Source: Magallana gigas (Eukaryota). Taken from it: a stretch of 64,000 nucleotides of DNA. Made by a program: the position numbers and the translations under genes. Numbering within the stretch: position 1 is the stretch's first letter; each line of letters opens with the position of its first letter. Positions 1 to 13,440 of the stretch are shown piece after piece. The notes beneath the pieces were generated by a model. The model was given only the letters and a program-made list of their open reading frames with translations, made no database searches and was not told the origin of the DNA. Location: contig NC_088862.1 in the NCBI RefSeq assembly GCF_963853765.1, positions 5,952,001 through 6,016,000 of the forward strand, in the 5' to 3' direction.

Positions 1-3000
1 GATTTTCGTCGATGATTTTCAGAGTAGAGTACTTATCCGTAAACGTAAAACCTGGTCCCTGATATTGGCTGGACACAACCACTCCTTGTGAATTTTACAA
101 AAAAAAAAAACAACATTTTTTTTTACATACTGTGGATTCGTTTATTTTCAATCAATTTCGTGGAATTTGTGAAAATTAAATTTTAATGATGCATACATAG
201 ATAAACATTTATGCACTTCCAAACTGAGATTTTACACTTGTAGTTCGTCGATAAACTTACTCTATACAGGGTTACTTTTGCTCTTCTTCACTTAAAAAAG
301 GTTTTGCCACATCTTAATTTTGCTTTAAGGTTTGTTTAAAAAGTTAGTTTAGCTGAATTCTCCCAGTCGTGTATTCGCCAGTTTAGGGCAAAGAGGCGAA
401 AAAAAAAGATTGCGAACGATATACATCTTTAATGAATACTGATTAAATCATAAATGTACATAAGGGCATGTTTCTTTCTTTTTGTTCAGTGCTTTCATCG
501 CACACTTTGACGTGGAAACATATCTTTTATTTATCCCATCCATTTATGTAAGGCATGATATAATAATTGTTTAAATTAAATCTTTCATTTTGAAATATCC
601 GCGATATCTTGGTGGCCAAACATTTCTGTCATATCTTTTATAATTATTTTTCTTACTTTAATATGATAAAAATATACTGTTGACACCTAGGCAAAATCCC
701 GCGGAAAATATTTCATGTTTTGTGGCACAACTTTGATCTATAAAACCAAAATCAGAATCATCCTCAAAAATGATTGTTCTTACAGCTAAACTTCTAAAAT
801 ACTATGTGTTTACTTATCCAATTTAAACAATACAATATACTGTATAAAACCTAGATATGTGAAGAATTTACCAAACTTTTCTTTTAATAAATAGCTTTTT
901 CAGAATAATGAATAACCACTTTCTCTAGATTAAGAGTTGCAAAAGAAAATCATTAGCTTATAGTGTGTGGACCATTAAATGTTTCCACATACCTGTACCC
1001 TCCTCAATGACGGAAGCGTTGATCTGAAGGTTTCCCCCTCTACTTATCGTTGATGCGTTCACTGTGACCTTATAACAACCGTTGATCTATTAAAACACAA
1101 TTTGAATTAGTACGATATAATTATTACACTTTGTAACTTCAATTTTGTCACAATAAATTTAAAAAAGAAACAAAGAAAAAAAGGCATGAATTAACACCAA
1201 CCCACTCAAAAATTAAAAAAAAAAAACAAACCAAAAAAAATATAATAAGTGAATATTTATTTCTCTGCTTGGGTTATTATTACGTTTAGGAAAGACAGTC
1301 GTAAGTATACCATTGCACGTTTATTGTGAGTGCTATATAACAGCGCTTCTGATTTATTAAAACTTTCAATAAAATAGAATATAGAATAGAAGATATAGAC
1401 TTTCACCCGTTATAATTTGTTTGGACAATTACATGAAATGTAATGTCATTAACATGAATTGCTCACAAGAACTATGAATTTTTTTAAGGAGAAAATGTAA
1501 TTATGATGTAGTTCAAATCAAGATTTGAATTAGATTACATCCCCACCCACCCACCCACCACCCCCCCCCCCCCCACGATGTTCCTATACCACATATGCTT
1601 TGCAGAATGATGCTCATACTTTTGCAAATAAGACTAGGTCTTATCAAATAGTCACGAAATATTATTATAGAAAAATAAGGTAATAACCTACCTCTGTTTG
1701 GAGGTTCTTTGAACAATGTGTTTTACTTTCATACGAAGTTTTATAGCACATTTTAACTTCCAACAGTCCTTTTACTGGTTGTCCATACGTGTAACTATTA
1801 AACAAGGACATGAACAGTAATGTAAAATATTATCAAACTCTGGGGACGAAGTAAAATCTAAAAACAAAACACTGGATTTAAACGTGTTTACTAAATCTTA
1901 GATTATAAATCAAAAGCCTAAGAAATATAAACAACGTCCAACGCAGTGAACAGTCTGTGTAGGAGTGCTGAAAGATAACGCGTACGAATTGATTAGCTAA
2001 TTAGGTATTGCTGTTAATTCAGTTGTAGTATTACCCGTAATGAGAGATTGTAGGGAACAAATACTCCGTGAATAAGCCAATAAATATGATATTTATTTGC
2101 TTATATGACTATATCCTTTTTGAATAAAAGAATAACTCCACTACAAAAACCCCAAACTCTAGCTATAGCGATTCAACAAAATATGCAATTTGTATTTTCA
2201 ACAAGAACCTACTACTTATCGAGGGGCTATGTCAAAGTTAGAAACAATTCATATATGTACTCCTGTTTTAAAACCGATTACTCATATACTTACAGGTCCA
2301 AATTTAATATTTGGAGTTGTCTGTTTAGGCATTATTGGTGCCAAACCAAGAATTTGTCAAAATTGTTTAGAATTACCGTTTTAACTTTAAAAAATGCTAC
2401 ACATTTTTTTTATTTTTGAGGTCTTACTTGGCACAAATTTCGGCATCAATGATCCGTGAAACACCAAGCAGGTAGGCTGGGGGTGTAATAACTACTTCAT
2501 ACTTTGGCAAAACTACAAAAAGAAAAAAAACGTGTGTTTTTAAACAACCCTCCTAGCACGTTTCGGATCATTCGTCATAAGTTATTAGCAAAATATTTTT
2601 AAAAATCACAAACATATGTATGATACAAACAAGCTGTAGCTATGTTTTGTTTACATATGTTGAATGTACCTTTAGAAGCTTTGCTTTTTATTACTTTTCT
2701 TTCTGGATATCTATTGTTTAAATTACAGTAATATTATATAACTAGCACTTTCGAGTGTTTCAACTTTTTTTAAAGTAACGTGTTTCCAATTCAACAACCT
2801 ATATATGAACTTAATGGTGGCACACACCTTTGTTAAAATAACAAAAAACCGAGAGCTCTTTTTCTCCCTTCTTATTTGATAATGATAAATATCCAGATAT
2901 ATTCAGCTTTTTAATAAAGTTATGAAATGTTGAAAAATTAAACCAGAACGATGGGGTATTTTTCCTTAACCTACAATTAATTTTAAAATGTAGCCTTATT

Positions 3001-5251
3001 AGATACTGTTAATTTTATCGATAAAATGATACGGTGTTTATAGTCTACGAATCAGAATGAAATCAAAAGATACTTAACGAAAGTAATACTTTAATGCTAT
3101 TCTATACAGCATTAAAAAAGATCAGATAGCTAAAACTGTGTTGGACTCGGGAGTGGTAATGACACAGCTTTACCTGTTTCAATCTTTTATAAGCTGACTC
3201 TAATTAATGTTGTGATTATTTAAAAGAATATGATTATACATATAAATTATATAAAAGTGAGTAATGGCGTGTATGTGCTTTATATATGCGTTTTTATTAG
3301 TATATGATGCAAATGCATCCGTATTTTTTGTATATGCAAATTTTTACATAAATTAGAATAATTAAAGCTTTTATATCTTAAAACAAATTCAAAAATATAT
3401 AGATGTAGCAGAGTTTAGCTCACTTCATGCTAGTATCATGACACAGAGTATCACTTAAAAATTATTTTTCAGGGTTTAGTTTTATGAGCCAATGTTTTTA
3501 GAGGAAAAACTCTTTGGCATCTGCTTTATTTCGTAGTCGGTTTTTAGGATATCATATTTATGTATGGGTCAAATACTTTTTTCTATAGGTCATTTTGTGT
3601 AGCGTTCACCCATTTTCTATCAGTCATTGTCTTCCTGAAAACTGGATGCTAACAAAATGCACATTAGACCAATATTAATATAAAATTTCATTTTTTCTTG
3701 TCCTAACATTATTTTTTAAGCAAAATTCCTAATGTTTTTGATTTAGAAATTAAAAGAGACTTTGTACATTTCTATAAAAAGCTCTCCTTTTAAAGGAAAT
3801 TAAAATAGTTTAAAACTGACACGACCTTCGAGCCCTCTTAATATTGTAATGTTACCGTATTCCTCCACAGAGAAGGTGTTGCTGTACTCTTTGCTGTCAT
3901 TGTATTTGGCTGTGATGACCCACGTTCCTAGAGGGGGGACATTGGACAGTACCATTTCTAGACTAGCTATACCTTGTGTAAAAATAGTCAAATTCTAAAT
4001 CACCAAAAAAACATATTGTTTAGCTCTTTAGTTTGTAATTTTAAAGATAAATAATTTAGCGATTAAAAAATGATGGATGATTAACAAATGACCCTTCGGA
4101 TCCAGATATACAGTTTGGTCAGATATAGAGTTTAATTTGGCAAAGAAAAATGTCAAAATATCTATTTTTAATTTGGATGGTTATCCATATCTTTATACAG
4201 ATCTCATTTTTTTCTCAGAGATACCAACATGGTATTAAGGTGAACTCGGCTTTCAAACCTCATGTAAACAATATATGGTAAAGTGTTCCAATTAATTTTA
4301 GTGTATGAAGTGTTTTTCATTTCATTCGTTAAACGTCTTATATCTATTCAATACAACATACCATGGGTCGTGGAAACGTCTTTCCATTGCATTATGCGAA
4401 TTTCTGCTGGGCTTTTGATGTGCACCGCTTTGATCTTTGCAAAACAAATCAAATCAAAATGTCTATTTCCTGTAATTTTCCTAATATTCGTTGGCATGAA
4501 TGTTTAATATTCATTAATATTAGTTAATTATAAGAATATGTTATCTCTTGGAAAATGATCATATAAAATGCAATATTCTTTTAGAAACTGCAATTAATAA
4601 ATTCCAAATTTTGTAAATCATTTTAACATATCGAAATGTATAAAATTAATATTCAATGAATATTAATGAAACTACAGAACTCGCATTAGATGTGTGATGA
4701 ATATAAACAATTTTCTTAATGCTATTTAACTGCAACAATTAAGAGATAAAGATATTTGTTATAATTAACTTTTCAAAAGATTAACAAAATATATGTACTA
4801 AAGACAAACATTTACCTTGTCAATATCAGGTCGAAAATTGCGATTCAGTCTTAGAATTCGGAATTTCACTGCAATTATATTTTTATAAAATATGTGCAAG
4901 AATATCACAATTTGAATAAATAGTCAGTGGTGAAGTTGCTGATTATTGCATAAATCATTTATGAATGAACAGTATTTGATTTGTATAAAAACGGCCACAG
5001 TATGTATGTTATAATAATTAGGCATGTTATGGCAATTTTTTTCAGTACGTTTTAAGATACTGTAGGCAACTGAGAAAGTAGGTTTTTCCACATCATTTTT
5101 TTTATGAGAACGTAATTCTTTCATAAACATTGTTTAATCAAAGGGAATGTTTGATTACAACCTCACATATAAGACAAAATGCATCAAAGGTGCTCCATCC
5201 GTTTCAAAAATTTTATACAAATGTCACCTAAAAACAAGTTTAGTTGAACAA

Positions 5252-5328
<77 letters not shown>

Positions 5329-8300
5329 CATACCCGTTTGTCCAGGTTTGTAAACCGGTTTGTCTGTCTGTATCAGTGTTATGTATATATTTCCTGGCCG
5401 GGCATTTAAATGTAAAGGGTAACTATTTGTGAGATTCGTGTTGTCAGGAAAAGTAAACAATGACGGAATATAGTCAGTGTCTTTTTGTAGTGAAACTATC
5501 ACTGTATAAGGACCAACTTGTTCTGGAGCTCTGCGTTTTTGGCATTTGATAGTTCCTGGCGCTGCAAAGACAGATTAATCCAAAAGAAATATTAATAGAT
5601 TATAAAAAAGACATAATAAATCCAAAATAGGTATTAATAAATTTTTAAAACGACAAATTAAATCCAAAAGAAATAAAGATTTAAAAAAAAAATAATTCAA
5701 AGGTAAATTAGATTAAAAAAAAGACAGATCAATCCAAAGAGATATAGACTCAAAAAAGATCTCAGACGTTCATTAATACACAAACTATCATCTACAGTAA
5801 AAATTCGATCAATAAATAGGAATATTCTCATTATCTTAATTATCATATTTATAAGTGATGTAACTATTTGTAATTCCTGAAAAAAAATTGTAACATATCA
5901 GTAGAATTATGTTGCATTTTGTTAAACCATGATATTTATGTGGAAGATCCTGACACTACATAGGCTACATCAATATTTGTTTAAATTTCAAACATTTGAT
6001 TCAAGATAATAATTCTTGATATAAAGATTTTTAAAAAGTTGTTTTTGTATTTTTCCGGAAAATCTGGCGTTAACCGCCGAAACATTTTTCTAGAGATCAG
6101 GGCTCGAACAAATAAACAAAAGATGATGGCAAAGTGTTAAAAAATAAATATAAATATATAAAAATATAAATATAATTTTAATATGAATATTGAATAAAGA
6201 TTTTCTTAATTCAATCTTTTCACAAAAATTGCTTTCATATTTTTTTTATTCCCCGTTATTTTAAAACATGATGTTCCTTTGTATTGTCTTTTTATTTAAA
6301 GATTTTCCACTATGAAGTTTTATGTAAATAAGGTTAAGAGCTCTAGACACATGAATGCTGACAGGCAAATGTTGTTAAATTTAGCTGAGTAGTTTTAAAA
6401 TATATGACAAAGCTGCTTTAAAAAAAATTATAAACAAACGAACATACATATTGACATACACGTATGGTGATACGTAAGGAGTGCGCAATGACAATTAATG
6501 TCGGCCTCTTTAAATAGGCTTGAAGTTTGAAGTTTGTTGTCATAACTTCCTCTAGAAGGAGTTTTTTAAAAAAAATTTTTGTCTTCCCAAAAACGAGAGT
6601 TATCGTTACTTAAAGAGGTATATTTCCCTTATAACTAGTATGCATAACTCTTGGTTAATTAAAAGATTAGAAATCAGTCCGGGAGTTTACAAATAAGAGT
6701 TTTTTTGTGAACAACATTTGATATTTGAATGACCAAACAAAAAACATTAAAAGTTATCCAAAATTTAAAAAAATTAAAGTCGGCGTATGTTATTTAATAC
6801 GACATACTCCATCGCCTATTATTCTTTCTCAGAATAAGTCAAATCTCTTAGTGTAATATATACATTGATGATCAAACTGTAAACATCAATGAGCTAAATC
6901 TTTGTGCGTAATTTACATGATGTTGACCAACTGTAAATCCGTATGAAAAGCATTTAAATTCTTATTTTTTTTTTGGGGGGGGGGGTGAGGGGGGGGGGGT
7001 TGGCAATCTTGATTTTGTCTACATGTATATCAGAGCTAACAAATGAATTGTTTAAGGATTTCTCTGATAAAATATAACAGGGACTGGAGTTAAAACCCGA
7101 TTCTTTTCTAGAAATCAATTATGAAATATTATAAATCACTAACAAGCTGTAATATTAAATCTTAGGGCTTAAAGATAACAACACACAAACCAGCCAGGTA
7201 TGTCTTGGGCTGATCAAGGTATACACTGGTTTTGTTCACTGTCGAGTACATCAAAGTACTGACTTTCACAGAACCATTGTAGAAGACTCCTGGTATCGTC
7301 ACACATAGATCAAACTCCTCCCCTGCGTATATTTTGGAATTTGGTACTGCAATCAGGAAGTCACTATATAAAGAAAGATAACAATATATCATACTTTGTA
7401 AAAACATTTATTGTCATTAGAGATTTTATTTGTCAGTTCATTTGCAGAAATTATGTTTCAGTTTTTCATAAAGAGGGAGGAAATTATACATAAATTTCAA
7501 ACAAAAAATTTGTTAAATGTGAATTGGAAATTTTATTTGCATAATATGCCTTAAAAACTACACGTAGTTGTTTTGAACGTTCTTTAAAGAATACATTTTT
7601 GTTATTACGATATAGTTGAAATATTTCTTTAACCAATATCATAAAAGTAATAAAACGAGGAGGGTTTTTTTTAATAAAGATAATCTCAAGCATAATAAGA
7701 CAATCCTAGTCTCGAAAAACACAGATACTAGTGCTGTAATCTTTGATCACGTTTTTGAAAGTTTAGGATTTACTCACAGCTTTGCTGCACATAACGAAAC
7801 AAAACGCGAATTGTCATTTAAATTATGCAAGGACTATGATACGCCATTGCATTTCACAAATACATCAAATATTTTCTATATATGTTTTTGGATTTAATTT
7901 ATAGATACTTTAGATTTAAGAACTAAACTTAAGATTAGTTAACTGATATCTGTTTAAAGTGTATTGTAGTTTTACTCTCTAGCAGATTCTTGATTAAAGA
8001 CTTTAATAACTTTGATCACAATTGGCTGGGTATTTTTTAATGAAATGAAAACTTGATTAAGTTATAAACTATTTATTATACAGTAGAACATTTCTGTCTA
8101 TCAAACAATAACATACTACCACAATTATCACACTACAGAGACTTATTCTTTTAAAAAGTCAGATAATCTCATCCTCGTCTAAATATACTTTATATTTGAA
8201 GACAGTAACCATGTATATTTTAGAAACAGTACAACTCTCATTGAGATGCCTACTTTTGGAACTTTATGGATGAAAAACATAAGAGCCTTTTTCGCCTATA

Positions 8301-11300
8301 AAGGAGTATATTTGACACTGTTAAATAATTGTCCCCAGTTTTAACAAATTTTCAAATATTATTAAATAGGTAAATTTAATATTCATAAACTATTATACAG
8401 AGGATGCCTATTACTTTTATCTTGACAAAGTTGTTTATTTGTGGCGTGGCCATAATGAGCTAATCCGCACAATTTTGCTAATAAATGAAAAATTTGTAGA
8501 TTTTCTCGAAATTTTCAGGAATGATAGACAATGATAATATCTCGATAATACTCGAGGCTTAAATTTTTTTAATTTTTTTTTCAAAATTCGTGTCCGGTCG
8601 TCCGTTTCGTGTCTTGCGACGAAAGGCTTGTCACCTTGGGATCTCAAAAAGGATCAAAACTTGAGCATCCAGACTTTGTAGGATGAAAGACCTATAGCTG
8701 TAGATGTGTTTAAACTATTTTGTTCTGGTCGTCGTTACTTCCGGTCGTCACCGGAAGCACTTTAATAAATATTTTTTAAAAGTATTTAATTTTTTTTTAC
8801 ACAGAATGAATATATTAGTATAAATCCAGGGCGTCACCGGAAGTACTTTAATTTGTTTTCGTATTTAAATTATTTTGCACAGAATGAATATATTAATATA
8901 CATCCTTACATATGTCATCAATGCAATGTTAAATAAACAAAATCATTCCACTCCCAGTGAGATTCCTGAAATATCTCAGGTAACTTATTTGGTAAAAAAA
9001 TTGTCTCCAAGAGATCTCAGAAACTGTAAGTGATCAAAACACAGTTTTCGTAGATGATAGACATTTTAATAAGGATATGTTTAAAGGGTTTCATTTTGTC
9101 TTCCGTCACTTCCGGTCCTCACCGGAAGGGTTCAAGCAAATTATATGGTTAATTAGTGTTACCGTTTTTCTTTGACTGTTTTACTTTGATTGATAAAGAG
9201 TCATGTACATTTAAAAAATTTATACTTAAAACACTAATTTGATTTTCATTGTCACTTCAGTTTGTCCGTTTCATGTCCTATAACAAAACACCTTGTCTCC
9301 ACAATGTCTCAAATACGCTAAAAACTTGAACATCCAAACTTTGTGGGATGATAGACCTATGTTTGTAGACATATTAAAGCTATTCTGTTTTGTTTGTCAT
9401 AACTTTCGGTCGGCACAGAAAGTACCTCAAAAAATGATATTTTACGATTATTTTTTAAAGCAATATGAGCTGCCATTTTCATAAAGATTTTTTTTTTAAC
9501 GAAAATGTTATTTTCTTCTAAAATGACAAAAATATCATGGTTTTTAAATTTCTTTTCGCCAAATTGTTTTGAAAAGGGCTGTTCAGAAACCTTATTGGAG
9601 CAATTGAAGTATTGTCGTCTTGTACAAAAATTGATTTGCTATATGTTCCTTAGTAGTGATATCTTTCCTCTGACAAAAATTAACGAGTTTTTCCACCTTA
9701 TTTATTAAAAGAGTTTAAGTTTCATACAGGCTTATCGTACTAGCAGGTTTTTGCAGCAAAATAAAATTCTAAAAAATACAGCTCATATTGCTTTAAATTT
9801 TACATTTAATGCATTCAGTAGTGTAGAACCTTTTATAAGTCATTTATGAAACGTTAAAAAAACCAAAAAAAAATGTACTTCCGGTGAGTTATCTCAAATA
9901 TCTCAGGTAGCTATCATTTTAACAAACTTTTTAACAAACTTTCTAAGATCTTTGCAAGGTCTCAGAAACTGTTATTGTAATATCCGAAACTTAATCGATA
10001 ATAGACATAAGATTGAAGATGTGTTTAAGAAGTTTTATATTTATTATAACCGTCGTTATTTTTGTCGTCGCAAAAAATAGCCGTAAAATTGGAGGTTTTT
10101 TTGCATTTTGTTGTCAAACATGCAAGTAAGCTTTAGCAATTTCCTTCACAGTGTATATCATATCATTTATTTTTTCTACATGAAATATGCAATTTCTTAC
10201 AGATCAATAAATATTTATGAGAACGGAAGACCTTTTTGTTGCTATAGCAAAAATAGTCTAGTTTATTCATATAATTATACACATCATCTCTAAAAGTTGT
10301 ACTTAAGCAGGCATCATTTTCTCTAGCAACGGGTTTATGATCTACTCCGCTCCTCTGCAACTTCGCTTGCAATAAAAAAAAACACCCATATTTTTCTCCT
10401 AAATATTAATTTATCAAAATAAGGAAATTTTTTACTTCTACATTATCTGTGTTGATAAACCTAACACTTTCATTTTTAATATAATTTAAACTATCCTCAG
10501 CCTTATTTTCAAAGTTAAACTTATTAAACGTAAACTTTGGGAGCAAGAATTGCATAATACTTCATAAATTCATAACTTCGTAAATCCATCTTTACGTATA
10601 CATTACTAGATTGATAACATTTTATAATATCTAACTTTCTGAGGGCCTAAGTGTTTGTTTCTTTCGATGTTATACAAAGATGCATCGCCACGTAGAATCA
10701 CAATTAAGATATATGAGTAAATTAGATTTTTACTTAACAACTGACGTTATGGTTCACGCTCGTGTTTATTGTATATTAATTATAGTATACCATATTTACA
10801 AACTCAAAAAGGAGAAATAGAATACGCTGTAAAATATGTTTGGAGTTTCTGCTTAATCCATAAACATAATTATTCATTACCTTATCTTTAAACACGATCA
10901 ACGTATTCTTTGCGCAATATTCTTTTTTTTTTCATGTGTTTGGCATTTACATTCCTTCTTTTTTAAATTCAGGGCAGAGTGAAAGCTCATTAGGAGTTCG
11001 TTGACTAACGTGTAAGTTAACTGGAAAGGAACGCATCCATTATAGATTGGGAAAGACTCAGGTGATGAATAGACGCAACATGCATTGATTATCACAGCAT
11101 GAGTTATTACTTTGTTTTTATAAAAAAAAAAAGACATGAATTGTTAGATTAGCTCATGACGACATAATTTAAAAGTTGTACTTTTCTCGTAAGAGGTAGT
11201 TTTACGGTATTGCACTACGTTCTAACTCTTCAGTTTTTGTCTCTTTTATACCATTCTTGAAAAACTGAAGGAATGATTTTTAACTCTCACTTGTGTGTTA

Positions 11301-12313
11301 GCCGTAGCTGGGATTTGAATTATTTCTTTGATGTTAGAAAAAAAGTTTCGAAAAATATGTAATTTATATTTGAGTTGCTGATCATATTCTATAGAAGCAC
11401 ATATATTCGTTTGGTTAAAATTTCTTTCTTTTTTTTTTTATATCAAATTCAATCTCGCTTGGATTTAATTTTGTCATATCGTAACCTCTAAAATTTATAA
11501 CATATAAACTCCGTATTTATGAATACTTTGACGATAATTTCATCATGGGGTTCATTTTGTTGATAAATACTGCCAACGAAAATAACGAAACTTAATCCTC
11601 AACGAATATTTTTGCTTCTACAGTAAGTCAGAGTGTAACAAACCTAGATATTAAATTTTTAAATTGGTTATGAAAATATTTCTCTTCGCAATTTTCCCAG
11701 TATTTATACATTGAATTTTATTTAGACTAAAAAAAAATAAAAGAGCAGATTCAAATAAGAAAGCTATAAATATACTCTTGAAATTGGTTCTCTAAAGTTT
11801 AACTTTATGTTAGTTTTTTTTTTCATATGAATATTTTCCTTCATTAACGTTTTCAAATAACAAACAAAATGTATATTAATTAGATTTCCTATTCAACTCG
11901 TGTGCTGTTTAATCTTTACAATGCAAATATTTTGTTATTTAAAAAAATCAGCATTTAAGTATGACTTTCACAATGTACGACAACTTTTTTTTAAACTGAT
12001 AGATTACGTATTCAAAACACGAGAAACAAAATTTAATTCTAGATCTTTTTTTTATTTTATCATGCCCTGGCGTTTGTTGGAAAAGTCAATATTTTGCGAC
12101 AGCAATTTACTACATATGTTTGTTAAAATGGGATTGACGTAATCGCAAAGTTGCGTTTTAAAACACTTTCAATCTGAAATTTTAAACCGAATGGTATCGT
12201 CTTACTACTTCTTAGTTATGATAAAAAAATATATTTTTATCCATAACTTACGGTGAGGCGTAGGCTGCAAGCACATATTGTAGGAGACCCAACCATAACA
12301 GCCAGTGTTCCAT
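1..12313 (-). CDS. Alpha-2-macroglobulin / CD109 / thioester-containing protein family gene, 5' part (runs off the window start)
   Basis: Ten GT-AG exons with consistent phases: 12313-12252 (signal peptide MEHWLLWLGLLQYVLAAYAS, GTAAGT donor), 7363-7191, 5561-5334 (LIQTDKPVYKPGQT), 4868-4816 (VKFRIL), 4434-4362 (IRIMQWKDV), 3972-3856 (GTWVITA...FSVEEY), 2512-2428 (VLPKYEV...ICA), 1794-1692 (YTYGQPVKG), 1086-993, 84-<1. These are the macroglobulin-domain signatures of the A2M/TEP family. The thioester motif would lie outside the window, so the subfamily is not resolved. Confidence 0.93.
5256..5326. repeat. (CT)n microsatellite in TEP intron
   Basis: Uninterrupted TC dinucleotide run next to the exon-3 donor. 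Confidence 0.97.
8480..10262 (-). mobile_element. Non-autonomous Helentron/HINE-like repeat, reverse-orientation copy, in TEP intron 1
   Basis: The right end is the reverse complement of the head at 16927 and 19674 (ACTAGACT..TTGTTGCTATAGCAACAAAAAGGTCTTCCGTT). 8480-8760 matches the reverse complement of ~19380-19600. Superfamily assignment is by resemblance only. Confidence 0.6.
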
Positions 12314-12907
12314 GGCGAAATGATTTAATCCAATTTCATACAAAAGATTTATGAAAAACTTTCAAGGTAAGAGAATCACTGTAATGTATTTGTACTGGCT
12401 GTGTATGAATAATTCAAAGACCCGATTTTTTCGGGTTTTCCTCTTAAACTAGATTTGGGACGAGTGCATCGCAATTGATGCAAGATAGAATAATCATGTT
12501 AACATGAGGTTCATGGGACAGTGAAGACTTTCAATTTTAAAAAACCCCAAGAATTTCCTGAAATCATTGAGAATAAAGGAATGATACATAGTGGGTTTTT
12601 TTAAATCTAGATTTACCTCATTCAGAAACAAGACAATTTTACAAAACAAACCCATATGATATTTAATTAAATTGAGTTTTACCAAATGCGTTGCAATATT
12701 CGATTTCATTGGCTTTTTAGATTAAAATGTCATCATATTTCCAATTGAGTGTTATTTTATTTAATATAAATGTTAAGGAACAATATTTATAATTACTTTC
12801 CTTAATGTTTATTTAAAAATTTGATATATACAATCTGCTGAGAATGTTCTGTGGACGAGGGTGCGGTTACTTTTGTTCAGTTTGATGGTGAACTGTACTT
12901 TCATCGA

Positions 12908-13138
12908 TACTGTAGTTTCACAAATATATGTGACCATATTTTTAGTGGATTTAATGAAAATCACAGTTTTCATGATATGTTAATCCCTGACCAATAATCA
13001 TACATCAGTAAAACATCCCTTTAATTAGTTATTTGTTTATTATTTTTAGTTCGATGAACATCTAGTTTTGTGGATCAACTTAGCAATGAGATTCCACAGA
13101 ATTGTTTTTTCAACCAATTTTGATAAAACCACAGTGTC
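12908..13138. mobile_element. TACTGT...ACAGT-ended MITE-like dispersed repeat (related copies near 128-270, 11520-11625, 63128-63310)
   Basis: Short elements bounded by TACTGT/ACAGT with shared internal TTTTCGTGG/CCACGAAA-type motifs; boundaries approximate. Confidence 0.45.
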
Positions 13139-13440
13139 TGACAAATTGACATGTTTTTGTAATCATTTGTTTTATTATTTTAAGATGCATTAATGAGAAA
13201 ACGAAAATAGAAATACATAAATTTAAATTTATTATGTACCAGGCGTTGTTAAACAAACAGTAATTCATGAATGTAAAAAAAAACATTTCCTTTTAGCCTA
13301 AAAGTATATATCATATACATAAAACAGTCTTTTACCACAATATTAACATTTCTTGTTCTTTTTGAAAATCTTGCGTTCAAAGAGTTTCCTCCACTGTAGG
13401 ATTGTTGTCGACTTAAAAAGGTTAGGTTCTTTCTTTGATT

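Noticed and set aside
5147-5432. ORFs with SLSLSL or ERERER runs (also 44976-45194)
   Set aside because: Translations of dinucleotide microsatellites; only the portions overlapping real exons are coding.
7616-7897. 93-aa plus-strand ORF in TEP intron 1
   Set aside because: AT-rich, no recognisable motif, no convincing splice partners.
12340-12372. Plus-strand CAAG/GTAAG donor (also ~14670) as the first exon of another defensin-like gene
   Set aside because: No signal-peptide frame and no downstream Cys-module exon; 12252-12313 is explained by the minus-strand TEP first exon.
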